This document shows, in pieces, positions 38,708 through 49,514 of a DNA stretch of 64,000 nt. The notes under the pieces are model-generated. The model was not told the origin of the DNA and ran no database searches. It saw only the letters and a list, made by a program, of their open reading frames with translations. The stretch is taken from the IMG/VR virus record IMGVR_UViG_3300037504_000588, positions 14,997 to 78,996 of that record; one strand, written 5' to 3'. This DNA comes from a virus. Positions within the stretch are counted from its first letter, which is position 1; every line of letters starts with the position of its first letter. The translations under genes were made by a program, and so were the position numbers.

Positions 38708-39001
38708 ATGAAGGAACTAACAGAAGAGCATCTTATTGACTGGTGGTTAAATAAATACCACAACACATCTCTAAAAAAAATAAGAGAAGAGCATCCAGAA
38801 TGGGGGGATCATAATCCAGAATATACATCTCATATATTCTATGATGCATATCCTGTTACGCAAGAACAACATGATGAGTGGTGCGAATGGGCTAAAAAAG
38901 AAGTAAAGAAATATTTTAAACTATCTAAAATAGGTTTAAACAAATCTTTTGGCTTTATATATCTTAATACATCACCTAAAGTAATGAAATTAAAAATATA
39001 G
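38708..39001 (+). CDS. Hypothetical protein
   Basis: ORF track. Confidence 0.55.
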   Translation: MKELTEEHLIDWWLNKYHNTSLKKIREEHPEWGDHNPEYTSHIFYDAYPVTQEQHDEWCEWAKKEVKKYFKLSKIGLNKSFGFIYLNTSPKVMKLKI

Positions 39002-39076
39002 TAAAAATAATGATATTTAATAAAAATTTTTTTATATTTATAAAAATTTGTTTTTTTTGAATAATGTTACTAATTA

Positions 39077-39562
39077 GTGGGGATCAAAAGTAAAATAAAG
39101 CAAGAGAAGTTAGATAGGATTAATTATAGCAATATTTTTAATTTTGATGAAGAAAAAAGAAATAAGATATGTAAATCTCTTAATGTAGAAACCAAAGAAC
39201 TATCAGGAAAAGAAGTTAAAGAGATGTTAAGCCTAAAAGTAAAGCAATCCAAGGTCTTCATATCTAAATTAGAAGATAGTATAATTAAATTGTTGGATAA
39301 GATTGTTATACCTGCTAATTCTTCTGTAGAAGGAAATATTCCTGAAATATTTCGAGATAGGGTAAATATACCTTATAATCTTTATTCTTACAATCAAATA
39401 TTTAGTCGAGACAGCGATGGATTAATGCAGAGTTATAATAGACATGTTATTGAATTAATAGAAAAGAAAGTAGAGTGTAAAAAATTACAAATAATTTGTG
39501 ATAATATTTGTGTTAGTCAAATATATAAAATTCCGATAGTTTTGTTAAATAAACTGGTATAA
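39077..39562 (+). CDS. Hypothetical protein
   Basis: GTG start downstream of a late-type motif. Confidence 0.5.
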   Translation: MGIKSKIKQEKLDRINYSNIFNFDEEKRNKICKSLNVETKELSGKEVKEMLSLKVKQSKVFISKLEDSIIKLLDKIVIPANSSVEGNIPEIFRDRVNIPYNLYSYNQIFSRDSDGLMQSYNRHVIELIEKKVECKKLQIICDNICVSQIYKIPIVLLNKLV

Positions 39563-39573
39563 TAAATTTATAT

Positions 39574-42500
39574 ATGAAAGATATATTTAAAAAAATATTA
39601 GGTATTCCAACTTTAGAAGAAAAAGCAGAAGAATATATACAACTTGAAAATGAAAAGGAGCTGTTAAAAGGTGATATAGACAATGCGGCAGAAGAGTTTC
39701 AATATATGTCATATGTAAGAAAGTCAGGAATTGAAAAATGCAACAACGAAGAGATAAAAGAACGTATTGAAGACAAATACAATGATTTTATCGCCGAGCA
39801 CCTCTCTAATGTTAAGAAATTAAGAGAAAGAAAGAAGGAGATTGACTTACGTTTACAAAAATTAAACAAGGACGAAAGGATAAAAAAGGGAATAGGGGAA
39901 TTAAAAAAGATTAATGCATATAATACTTTAAAAAAAGCGTACAAATTAGGAAGATTATCACACAGTGCATTTGATAAGATTTGTAAAGCCAAGCAAGGTA
40001 AAGTTAAATTTGCAGATGTGTTGGTTTATGATAAAGATTTAAATCAGTTATATTTAAAGCGTAAATCTGATAGTACATTTGAACCCGAAAAGTGGGGTCT
40101 TCCTGGAGGACATGTTGATTTGCATGAAGATTGCAAAGAGGCTGCAATACGTGAATTGCAAGAAGAAACAGGAATAGATGTAAAATCTAAAGATTTAGAG
40201 TTAATTGGTAAATATGATAAAGGTGGTGTATATATTGAATATTATAAAGTTTATCTAAAAGAAGAAAAGCCTCAAATAACACTTGAATCAAGCGAACATC
40301 AAGATTATAAATGGGGAAGATTTGATGATTTTACAAAAGAGGAGATGTTGTTAAATCTACACTCTAATTTAGAGGATATTTTAAATCCTTTAAAAAGAAA
40401 TATAAGTATTATAAAAAAAGCAATAGATCAAGGGTTAATAAGTAAAGATCAATTGATTGATATTGTAAAAGCTAAAAAAGACCCCTGTTGGGAAGGATAT
40501 GAACAATACGGAACAAAAAAGAAAGACGGGAAGGAAGTTCCAAATTGTGTAAAAAAAGCAGACGAAGATTGGGACAGTTGGGAAGAAATGGAAAAAAGTG
40601 AAGACGAAGAAACCCCTTCCAATGGAACAATAAAACCTTCAACCAGAGATGGTAAAAAGGCAATGGTATGGATGGATGGTAAATGGCATCACTTTGGACA
40701 GAAAGGAGCAAAGCATAATTACTCTAAAGAAGCAAGGGAAGCTGCAAAAGCAAGACATAAAAAGAACCTTGAAGGAAGCGATCCTCGATCTAAAGCATTC
40801 AGGGTATATTGGAAGAAGTATTGGGAGAAAGGTGGTAAGGTCAAAGAAACTGACACAACAAAGGCAGAAGCTGATTATTTTAATATTATTGATGAAGATG
40901 ATGATATTTTTAAATCTTGGTCTTCTGATCTTAAAAATAGGTTCCCTAATGGTGATTGGAGAACAATAAATGGAGCTAAGGTTTTTATCAATAATGGTAG
41001 GGTTATAGCTGGGTTAGATGGTTTTAATGGAATGATAGATAATTACTTTAAAGAAAATAAGGAAAGTAAAATTAAAATATCTAAAGAAACAGATAAAGCT
41101 TATTTACTGAATAAAGATGGAGTTGAGTTTTGGGTGCAAAAAAGATGGTACAATAAAGACAAAGAGAAGTTAACTCCAAGAGGGGAGAAGGCATTAAATG
41201 AGGTTTTAGAAAAACAATCTAAAGTTGAAGGTGGGAATAAGGATTTTGATATAAAAAAAGAAACACAGAAAGCTTTTCTTTTAGAAAAAAATGGCGTTGA
41301 GTTTTGGGTTCCAAAGTCTTGGTATAAAGATGGAAGTTTAAACAGTAAGGGTTTAGATAATTATTTAGATGCAAAAGAGAAACAAAGACCATATAAAATA
41401 TGGGAAGCACCAGGAGGAGATATGTTTAGAGCTTATGATAAAGATGGGTCTGGTAACTATATTCAAATATCAGTAAAAGAAAGAAACCCACAGGGGTATT
41501 ATGAGAGGCATAGATATTCAAAAGGAGAGAGCGGATTTTATACTTTTTTCATAAAAGAAAATGGTGATTTTAGTCAAGCAGATAAAAAACAGTTTATAGA
41601 AGATATAGAAGATAAATTTGGAGCATATCATGTTAATTATGTTGAAAAATCTTCTATTGATACCCTAATCAAAGCCCTTGAATCAAATAAATTAGATTGG
41701 AATAGCTTTGAAAAAGCTGGAGGACACAAGTATATCCGTAGAGAAGGTACTCCGGGTAATTATAAGTATATATATAAAGAGAGTAAAACAAAAGGTAAAA
41801 AGGATGATATAATTACTCCAGAGGAACGTGCTAAAAATTTCAAAGAATGGTTTGGGGATTCTAAGGTTGTTGATGAAAACGGAAAGCCTTTGGTTGTTTA
41901 TCATGGAACAGCTTCCGATAAAAAATTTACAGAATTTAAACCTATGTCAAGCAGTGAAGCAAGGCATATACATTTTAATGATAATTTTACATTTTTTACG
42001 TCTAAAAAAGATATAGCAGAAGATTATTCTAACTCTTCTGAATTAATAATGTTTATGCAAGAATATGGGCTTGAAGAAGACGATTATGATCTGTTTTTTG
42101 TTCCACAAAGTGTACGTGAAGAAAATAAAGATAAATTTGAAAATTATTTAAAAAACAGTCATGGGTTAAGCGAAAGTGAAATAGATGAACTTGATGATTT
42201 AGATTTAAATAATTATTGGCAGGATTATTTTACAGATTTATTGGCATATTATGACAAAAAACATATATACAGTACATATTTGAAGATAGAAAAACCTAAA
42301 ATAGTAAATGCTGAAAAATTATTAAACTCTTTAAGTGAAGAAGAAAAAGATACAATAAGGAACGAACATGAAACCCTTAGAGAGTATATTATAAGTTCTT
42401 TTGAAAGAGAGTATAAAGATAAGGGGTATGATGGGCTCATAATTAAAAACATATTTGATTCTCCTAAATATGGTGAAGTTATAGATGATGAAGGGAAAGA

Positions 42501-45237
42501 GATGAAGAGTGATATTTATATAACAGTATCTCCTAATCAAATCAAATCAGCAACAGAAAACAAAGGAACTTTTGATCCAAATTCAAACGATATAACAAAG
42601 TCAAGTGTTGATACCCTACTAAAAGCCTTTGAATCAGGTATCTTAGATTATGACTTATTTGAAAAGGCAGGGGGTCATAAGTATATCCGTAGGGAAGGGA
42701 CAAAGGGTAATTATAAATACATTTATGCAGAACCTCATGGAACAGACGGTGGACATAAAGAGGAGATGGAAGGCTTAGGTCAATTAAATGAAAAAGATTT
42801 TTTAAATAGATTAGGAGAGGCTCTTTATTCGTATAATAAAGAACCTAAAAAAATTAGAGATTTAAGAAAAGATATTATAAATTACCTGTATATTAATTCT
42901 GAAGAATCAATTCTCACCAATAATGATTATTTTAATGATTATGTTCAAGAATGGATTGAAAAAAATAAACCAGTGCACCTTGACAATGATGATTTTGTTA
43001 ATGATTATATACATATAGAAACTGGGGAAAAAGAGAATGCCACTAAATTAATAGAAGAGTATAAAGAATATATAGATTCTTTAGAGGAAAATATGGACAC
43101 TGATGAAGAAGAAGAAGGAGATCAAGAAGAGATAGAAAGATATGAAGAAGAAATTAAGACAATTGTCAAAAATTCTATTACAAGAAGTGATTTACACGAA
43201 ATCTTATCAGATTTAAATGAATTAAAATCTAAATTTTATGAAGATAAAAATAAGATTATTGAAAAATATGGAGAATTTACTGGAATAGTTCATTCCTTTA
43301 AAGGAGATGAAGATAATTTATATCCATTATATAAGATAGGTGGTAATGAATTTCATTTAATTAAAGATAAAGAAGATATAGATGAAAAATATAAAGAAGA
43401 TATAGTAGAATTGGATGAAATAAGAAGAGAATCTAAAAGGGAATTAACACAAGAAGATATTAAGATTTTAAATTATGCATTAGATAATAAAAAAATAATA
43501 AAGTCTCGATACTTTGATCCAAATTCAAACGACATAACAAAAGCAGGAGGTCATAAGTACATAAGACGTGAAGGAACTCCTGGAAATTATAAATATATCT
43601 ATAATGAGCAAAGCAACAATCAAAAAGAAAGGAAGGAAAAAGGTTCTGATAAAGTAAAAAGTAGTTATGGTTTTGATTATGTTAGTGAAGGTAAAGGAAA
43701 GAATGGTGCAGTCTTTAAAGTAAAAAATAGTGAAGGCGAAGAGGTAGCGTTGCTTGAATATCATAATATAAACGATAATAAGGTTGAGGTGGACAGAATT
43801 TATGTTAGAGACAAATTTCAGAAAAAGGGGAATGGTCAAAAAATACTAAAAGATATTTTGGATCACGAAAAAGCAGATAGTTTTGAGTTATATCCCTTAG
43901 ATCATGTCCCCTGGGTGAAGATGGGAATGCAGTTTGAGGGAAAAATGCTAAAAATATCTAAAGAGGATTTTGTAGATAAAAATAAGAAAAAGTTAGAGAC
44001 AGCTAAATCGCAAGACGAAGACATTCAAAAAGCAGAATATACAAAGGATCAACTTCAAAGTATGGTAGAAGAACATGAGAGACTTATTTCTATCATAGAA
44101 CCCCACGCTAAAATGGATGAGAAAGTTGCAAAGGAAGTTGAGATACAAAAGAAGGAACTGGAAGATTATAAAAAACAACTATCTGAATTGATAGGTAAGG
44201 CAGATGGTGATGAACTGAATCCTTTTGAAGAGTTTGAATATATAGAAAAAGCACAAAGAGTATATGCAGACAATGCACTTAACCGTAAACTAAAAAGAGT
44301 GGGGAAACCATATGGAAGCACAGGACAAGAAGAAACTCCTAAAGATAAGCCTTCTAAAGAAAGCGATGAATCAAAGCAATCCTCAAAAAGTGTTGAAGAT
44401 CATGCTAAACAAGCAAGTGGAGAAGCATTAGAAGAAGCAAGTAAGAATGCCAAAGACCCTGAGATGAGGGAAGCAGCACACAAGGAATTACAGAGGAGAG
44501 AAAAGGAAGAAAAACCAAAAGAAGAGAAAGTACAGGAAGAGGGTTTAGATCAATCTAAAGAAAAAGAAGGTAATTCGCAAAAAGAAGAAGGAAAGGAAGG
44601 CGATTCACCTAAGGAGGGAAGTTTTTTAGATAAATATAAAGATAAGATAAAAAATTGGACACAAAAAGAAAAAGAATTTTTTCGTAAGGGGTTACATAAG
44701 GAAGGATCAAGGGAGAGAAGAAAATTTGGAGATTTTATAAAAGACAAATCAAAAGGGATAATTAAAGCAGTTAAGCACGAAGTAGAAGAGTTTAAGGAAG
44801 CTGGTCACGGAATAGCAAAATTATTTCAAGGAAAAAAAATAGAAGATAAAGAGAAGGAAGCAGTAAAGAATGTAAGTAAACATCTTGCATTAACTATTGG
44901 TAGTATTGTTGCAACAGGAGGAGCTGGGCATTTACTTCATGCAGGAATAATGGGGGCATCAAAAGGATTATTTGTACATTATTTAGAACATGTTGGAGTT
45001 CAGACACTTGGAAGAGCATTGATATTTGCATCAGATGAGGGGAATATAGGAGAAGTGAGAGACGTTGACCCAGAAAAAGTTATTGAACAATTATTGTTAG
45101 ATTTTTCAAATTGGGTAAAAAATGAAGAAATTTCAGAAGAAAAGTGGGTTGATATAATGAATGATAGTAAGGAATTATTAGAACAAGAAAAATATAATAA
45201 ATCTGAAAAAGAATCAAATAACAAAAGAGATGAATAA
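39574..45237 (+). CDS. Large polyvalent, probably internal head protein with NUDIX, ART-like and GNAT-like modules
   Basis: Nudix box PGGHVD..E....AAIRELQEETG; FKEWFGDSKVVDENGKPLVVYHGT...NQIKSA; IYVRDKFQKKGNG; three AGGHKYIRREG repeats. Confidence 0.8.
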   Translation: MKDIFKKILGIPTLEEKAEEYIQLENEKELLKGDIDNAAEEFQYMSYVRKSGIEKCNNEEIKERIEDKYNDFIAEHLSNVKKLRERKKEIDLRLQKLNKDERIKKGIGELKKINAYNTLKKAYKLGRLSHSAFDKICKAKQGKVKFADVLVYDKDLNQLYLKRKSDSTFEPEKWGLPGGHVDLHEDCKEAAIRELQEETGIDVKSKDLELIGKYDKGGVYIEYYKVYLKEEKPQITLESSEHQDYKWGRFDDFTKEEMLLNLHSNLEDILNPLKRNISIIKKAIDQGLISKDQLIDIVKAKKDPCWEGYEQYGTKKKDGKEVPNCVKKADEDWDSWEEMEKSEDEETPSNGTIKPSTRDGKKAMVWMDGKWHHFGQKGAKHNYSKEAREAAKARHKKNLEGSDPRSKAFRVYWKKYWEKGGKVKETDTTKAEADYFNIIDEDDDIFKSWSSDLKNRFPNGDWRTINGAKVFINNGRVIAGLDGFNGMIDNYFKENKESKIKISKETDKAYLLNKDGVEFWVQKRWYNKDKEKLTPRGEKALNEVLEKQSKVEGGNKDFDIKKETQKAFLLEKNGVEFWVPKSWYKDGSLNSKGLDNYLDAKEKQRPYKIWEAPGGDMFRAYDKDGSGNYIQISVKERNPQGYYERHRYSKGESGFYTFFIKENGDFSQADKKQFIEDIEDKFGAYHVNYVEKSSIDTLIKALESNKLDWNSFEKAGGHKYIRREGTPGNYKYIYKESKTKGKKDDIITPEERAKNFKEWFGDSKVVDENGKPLVVYHGTASDKKFTEFKPMSSSEARHIHFNDNFTFFTSKKDIAEDYSNSSELIMFMQEYGLEEDDYDLFFVPQSVREENKDKFENYLKNSHGLSESEIDELDDLDLNNYWQDYFTDLLAYYDKKHIYSTYLKIEKPKIVNAEKLLNSLSEEEKDTIRNEHETLREYIISSFEREYKDKGYDGLIIKNIFDSPKYGEVIDDEGKEMKSDIYITVSPNQIKSATENKGTFDPNSNDITKSSVDTLLKAFESGILDYDLFEKAGGHKYIRREGTKGNYKYIYAEPHGTDGGHKEEMEGLGQLNEKDFLNRLGEALYSYNKEPKKIRDLRKDIINYLYINSEESILTNNDYFNDYVQEWIEKNKPVHLDNDDFVNDYIHIETGEKENATKLIEEYKEYIDSLEENMDTDEEEEGDQEEIERYEEEIKTIVKNSITRSDLHEILSDLNELKSKFYEDKNKIIEKYGEFTGIVHSFKGDEDNLYPLYKIGGNEFHLIKDKEDIDEKYKEDIVELDEIRRESKRELTQEDIKILNYALDNKKIIKSRYFDPNSNDITKAGGHKYIRREGTPGNYKYIYNEQSNNQKERKEKGSDKVKSSYGFDYVSEGKGKNGAVFKVKNSEGEEVALLEYHNINDNKVEVDRIYVRDKFQKKGNGQKILKDILDHEKADSFELYPLDHVPWVKMGMQFEGKMLKISKEDFVDKNKKKLETAKSQDEDIQKAEYTKDQLQSMVEEHERLISIIEPHAKMDEKVAKEVEIQKKELEDYKKQLSELIGKADGDELNPFEEFEYIEKAQRVYADNALNRKLKRVGKPYGSTGQEETPKDKPSKESDESKQSSKSVEDHAKQASGEALEEASKNAKDPEMREAAHKELQRREKEEKPKEEKVQEEGLDQSKEKEGNSQKEEGKEGDSPKEGSFLDKYKDKIKNWTQKEKEFFRKGLHKEGSRERRKFGDFIKDKSKGIIKAVKHEVEEFKEAGHGIAKLFQGKKIEDKEKEAVKNVSKHLALTIGSIVATGGAGHLLHAGIMGASKGLFVHYLEHVGVQTLGRALIFASDEGNIGEVRDVDPEKVIEQLLLDFSNWVKNEEISEEKWVDIMNDSKELLEQEKYNKSEKESNNKRDE

Positions 45238-46075
45238 TGTAAATGATTTTAACTTTTTTATAAAAGCTGAACCGAAAGGGAAAAGGGGAAGTTATGATAA
45301 TATGGTATTATATGGTGAAGCGTCTGATAATTCAAAAGATAGTGATGAGGAGATACTTGAACCAAAAGGATATGTTATAGGGAATTTTTTGCAAAATGGG
45401 CTTTTAAATTATGAACATCAAGCTAAACAGTCTTCTAAATTTATTGTTGGAGAACCAACAAAAGCAGAGATTAAGGATAATAAATTTTTTATAAAGGGAA
45501 AATTATGGAAAGGTCAAAAGGTGGCCGAAGATTTATGGGACACTCTTCACATAATGAAAGACAACAAGTCTAATAGAAAGTTAGGTTGGTCTATTGAAGG
45601 AAAAGCATTACAAAGAGACCCCGTTAATCCTAAACGAATAACTAAAGCATTAATAACGAATGTTGCTTTAACTTTTCAGCCTAAAAACAAAAATACTTGG
45701 GCTCAAATATCAAAGGGAGAATACACAGAGCCTTATATTGAACCAGAATTTGATGAAACGGCAAATGGAGGAGCTGAATATTTGTTAGATATTACGAAAC
45801 CTGATGGTACACGTATTACGATAGATAAGGAATTTAATATTAAGATAGATAAGGCAATGTCAGCAGGTCATAAAACTGGCAGGGATTTAGATGGAGTAAC
45901 ATCATCAGGAGCTGCATTAAAAAAAGAAAGTTTAGATGAGAAGTTGAGGAACCTTCAGCCAGAATTAAAAGAAGCAATAATAGCTATTGCAGAAAATAAA
46001 AGAAAAAATAAAATAGAAAAAAAGATATTAGAAAAAACAAAAAAAATAATAAAAAGTTTTTTATTTCAAAATTAA
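45230..46075 (+). CDS. Prohead protease
   Basis: YEH and LGWSIEG catalytic motifs, VALT..PKN; upstream of scaffold and capsid. Confidence 0.85.
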   Translation: MNNVNDFNFFIKAEPKGKRGSYDNMVLYGEASDNSKDSDEEILEPKGYVIGNFLQNGLLNYEHQAKQSSKFIVGEPTKAEIKDNKFFIKGKLWKGQKVAEDLWDTLHIMKDNKSNRKLGWSIEGKALQRDPVNPKRITKALITNVALTFQPKNKNTWAQISKGEYTEPYIEPEFDETANGGAEYLLDITKPDGTRITIDKEFNIKIDKAMSAGHKTGRDLDGVTSSGAALKKESLDEKLRNLQPELKEAIIAIAENKRKNKIEKKILEKTKKIIKSFLFQN

Positions 46076-46137
46076 TTTTTTATTTTTATAAAAATCGTTA
46101 GAAGAAATATTCGTAGAGTAGAAAAATATAATTTATA

Positions 46138-46596
46138 ATGAAAAAAATTAAGTTTTTGGCAATAGGTTTATCATTATTGTCGGCTATTGTATTTATTAAT
46201 GCAACAAAAACTCCGATTAAAAAGTTAGGGGAGGTTTACACACACACAGCTACGTTAGATTCTAACAGTGCAGATACTGTTACATTTACAATTAATTCAA
46301 GTGTTTTTGGTGGAGCAGAAAAGGCACTATTACTTCAAACTATAATTAGCGGAAGCCCTGACTCTTCTTCTATTATTACTGATTTTTATAGGAGTGAAGA
46401 GTCTTCGATAGCTAAAGCTGAAAGTTATTTTAGTGATACATTAAAGGCTGAATCTGATAAGGTTACTATTAATACTAAATCAGATTATGCAAGTTCTGTA
46501 TTGTTTGCTATTATTAGAAATACAAAGAGTGAAGTAAATGACACTGCTGTTTCACAGTCTTATTCTTTGAAGGTAAAAGTATTAGACGAGCAATAA
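46138..46596 (+). CDS. Signal-peptide protein
   Basis: MKKIKFLAIGLSLLSAIVFINA. Confidence 0.65.
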   Translation: MKKIKFLAIGLSLLSAIVFINATKTPIKKLGEVYTHTATLDSNSADTVTFTINSSVFGGAEKALLLQTIISGSPDSSSIITDFYRSEESSIAKAESYFSDTLKAESDKVTINTKSDYASSVLFAIIRNTKSEVNDTAVSQSYSLKVKVLDEQ

Positions 46597-46641
46597 GATA
46601 TATTATAAAAAAATTCGATATTTTTAATTAAGAAAATTATT

Positions 46642-47418
46642 ATGTCAACTGAAAAAGATAAAAAAGAGTTAACACAAGAAGAATTATCTAAGGCATTGCT
46701 TGACATCTTTCAGGATGAAGAATCGGTTAAAGACCTCTTAGAGAAAGGTAAAAAGGGGCAAGATTATGACGATGAGCAAGGTGATGTTCCTGGTGAACAA
46801 GACACCGGACAGGATGAGTACGATGAAGATGAAGACATGAAAAAAGCCAAAGATGAGTATGATAAGGCTGAAAAGGCAATGAAAGCAGCTAAAGATAAGT
46901 TAGAAAAAATGAAAAAAGCTGGAACTTCATGTAAAAAAGGAGAAGAAGACGATCTTAACAAAGATGAAAATAAAGAACAAAATGTTGAAAAAGCTGAATC
47001 TTTAAATATCCTTAAAGGTTTTATTGATAACCTCACCTCTAATGATAAAGAGTTTAAGGAAGAAATTAGAAAATCAATTAATGATTTAAGTGAAAAACAT
47101 GATTCTTTATGTAAAGAATGGGAAAAATTTGCTTCACAGCCAAAAGGGTTGAAGAGTTATAAGGGATTAAATTTTATAGAAAAGGGTGAAGGTTTTGAAA
47201 ATAATGAAGAAGACAATGACCAACTTTCTATTTCAAAAGATAAAGCAAAAATAGAAAAGGCTATAGAATCAATGATAGAGTTAACTGACAATAATAACAA
47301 GAAACAGTCTTACGAAAATCAGTTAATGAATTATAATTCTTCTGGTGATCCACGTTCTTTAAGTAAAGCATTGGTTCAAGATTTACAAAAAAGTCAGGAT
47401 ATAACACTTATTAAGTAA
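46642..47418 (+). CDS. Putative capsid scaffolding protein
   Basis: Acidic coiled-coil between protease and capsid genes, many xKA/KS/KG sites. Confidence 0.65.
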   Translation: MSTEKDKKELTQEELSKALLDIFQDEESVKDLLEKGKKGQDYDDEQGDVPGEQDTGQDEYDEDEDMKKAKDEYDKAEKAMKAAKDKLEKMKKAGTSCKKGEEDDLNKDENKEQNVEKAESLNILKGFIDNLTSNDKEFKEEIRKSINDLSEKHDSLCKEWEKFASQPKGLKSYKGLNFIEKGEGFENNEEDNDQLSISKDKAKIEKAIESMIELTDNNNKKQSYENQLMNYNSSGDPRSLSKALVQDLQKSQDITLIK

Positions 47419-47456
47419 TAAAAAATATTTGGTTAGAGAATAAATTTATATAAAAA

Positions 47457-48944
47457 ATGAACAATAATTTAGATTTTTATCAATATTCAAATCTGGAAAC
47501 AGGACATAAGACAGAATCAGAAGTTTATGATCTTATGAAAGCAATGTCTGCTGGTTCGCAGACTGGTAGAGATTTGGACGGAACAACAACTTCTGGTAGT
47601 GCGTTGAAAGTAGAATCTCTTGATCCTACATTGCGTGTATTGACCAATAGAGACAAACACATTGTTTTTTGGAAAATGCTTCCAAAAGAAAAAGCATACA
47701 ATACAGTAGAAGAATACAATGTATTGGAGGATTATGGAGGAGATATTGGCATATTTAACACCGAAGGTGAAACTCCAAGTTTTACTGACTCACAATACAA
47801 ACGTGAAAGTGTGTTAATTAAATATATGGGTGTTTCTGGTGAAGTAACACACCCCTTTACTCTTGTTAATCTTGGTTCAGGTGTTGGAAATGCACTTGGA
47901 AAAGAAGTTCAAAATAAGACGCAATACCTTGTAAGGACTATTAATAAGAGTTTAGCAACAGCTAACAGTGATCATGTTGGTGAAGAGTTTGATGGAGTAT
48001 TTAAACAACATTATGATGGCATTGTAGGAAGTGGTGACCTTGATACTTATTTTAGTAACTCAACTGTGATTGATGCGAGAGGAAAGGCTCTTTCAGATGC
48101 AAATGTAGAAGATGCTGCACAAGCTGTTGTGAACGATAATTTTGGTGAAATTAGTACAATATTGGGTTCACCTTCTGTGTTCAATAGTTATGTTAAAAGA
48201 TTCCACGAATCTAAACGTATTAATGTTAACAACCCAGTTACTGCAACTACTGGAGCAACCATGGGTCAAAAGGTAAATAATATCCAGACTCAATTCGGAG
48301 ATGTTAATGTTGTTAATGATATTTATTTTGATAAAGATAGGCTTACTGGTGTTGATTACAATAAATCAGCTACATCAAGCAAGTCTCCCGATGCCCCAAC
48401 GGCGTTAAGTTATGCAACTGCTGTAGATACAAAAACCAATTTTGCTGATAGTACAGGGGATTACTTTTATGCTATTGCTGCTAAGAATCGTTATGGACAA
48501 AGTGCTGTCACTATAGTTGACACTACTGCCGTAACGGTTAGTGCAAATGAAAGTGTAGATATTTCTTTTACTTACACTGATGGTTCATATGCAGCTGAAT
48601 CTTTTGTTGTATATAGAACTAAAGCAGATGTAACAGATTATACAACTGCTAAATTTTATCCTATATTTACAGTAAGCGCAAGTGAGCGTACAAGCGGTTA
48701 TGACGGTGCTGCTGCATCAAAAATTAGAGATAGGAATAGATTCCTTCCAGGCACATCAAGTGCTATTGTTTTAGATTTTAATAGTGAAATTATTACATTT
48801 AAACAATTAGCTCCTATGATGAGGATGGATTTAGCAAGAACTTCACCTTCTTATAGGTTTATGGTTCTTTGTTATGGAACTCCGCTCTGTGGTATACCAA
48901 AGAGGATTGCACGTATAGTTAATCTGGGTACAGATATTTCTTAA
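47457..48944 (+). CDS. Major capsid protein (SPO1/Twort-like)
   Basis: GSALKVESLD, AYNTVEEY, EFDG, QLAPMMRMDLA; followed by a strong terminator. Confidence 0.9.
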   Translation: MNNNLDFYQYSNLETGHKTESEVYDLMKAMSAGSQTGRDLDGTTTSGSALKVESLDPTLRVLTNRDKHIVFWKMLPKEKAYNTVEEYNVLEDYGGDIGIFNTEGETPSFTDSQYKRESVLIKYMGVSGEVTHPFTLVNLGSGVGNALGKEVQNKTQYLVRTINKSLATANSDHVGEEFDGVFKQHYDGIVGSGDLDTYFSNSTVIDARGKALSDANVEDAAQAVVNDNFGEISTILGSPSVFNSYVKRFHESKRINVNNPVTATTGATMGQKVNNIQTQFGDVNVVNDIYFDKDRLTGVDYNKSATSSKSPDAPTALSYATAVDTKTNFADSTGDYFYAIAAKNRYGQSAVTIVDTTAVTVSANESVDISFTYTDGSYAAESFVVYRTKADVTDYTTAKFYPIFTVSASERTSGYDGAAASKIRDRNRFLPGTSSAIVLDFNSEIITFKQLAPMMRMDLARTSPSYRFMVLCYGTPLCGIPKRIARIVNLGTDIS

Positions 48945-48950
48945 ATAAAG

Positions 48951-48977
48951 ATAAGGGGGCATTTGCCCCTTTATTTT
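48951..48977 (+). terminator. Intrinsic terminator after the capsid gene
   Basis: ATAAGGGGGCA TT TGCCCCTTTAT followed by T tract. Confidence 0.8.
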
Positions 48978-49002
48978 GTTTTATTAATTAAAAAATATTG
49001 AA

Positions 49003-49476
49003 ATGAAAATACAAGCTAAAGGTAGTAACTATTTAGGTAAAAAAGTAATAGTTTGTAATGAGGTTGTTGAATTTGACAATAATGCTATTGCCGAAGTGAA
49101 AGAGGATAAGGCTAAAGAGATTCTTGAAGCGCACCCAGATAAATTTTATGAAGAGGGTAAAGTCCCTGTGGAAGAAGTTAAGTCGGATGAGGTTAAACCT
49201 GAAATAGACAAAGAAGAGTTAAACAGATTAAAGGATAAACTTACAGAGGTTGAAAAAGAAAACACTAATCTTAAAAAGGAATTAAAAGCAGCTAAAGAGA
49301 GCTCTTTACAAGAGGGTTTTTCAATGCAAGACATTGAACTTGTTTACGATTTAACAAGAAAGAAAAAATCTGAAATAGAGGAACAAATAGAATCACTTGA
49401 ACTACCAAGAGAAGAATGGGAAGGAAAAAGCGCAAAAGAATTAGTTCTTTATTTGTTTCAGCAAATGTCAGAATAA
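49003..49476 (+). CDS. Hypothetical head-associated protein
   Basis: Position directly after the capsid gene. Confidence 0.55.
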   Translation: MKIQAKGSNYLGKKVIVCNEVVEFDNNAIAEVKEDKAKEILEAHPDKFYEEGKVPVEEVKSDEVKPEIDKEELNRLKDKLTEVEKENTNLKKELKAAKESSLQEGFSMQDIELVYDLTRKKKSEIEEQIESLELPREEWEGKSAKELVLYLFQQMSE

Positions 49477-49514
49477 TTTATTATAATATTAGTCAACTTT
49501 ATTTTTTTGCTTAG

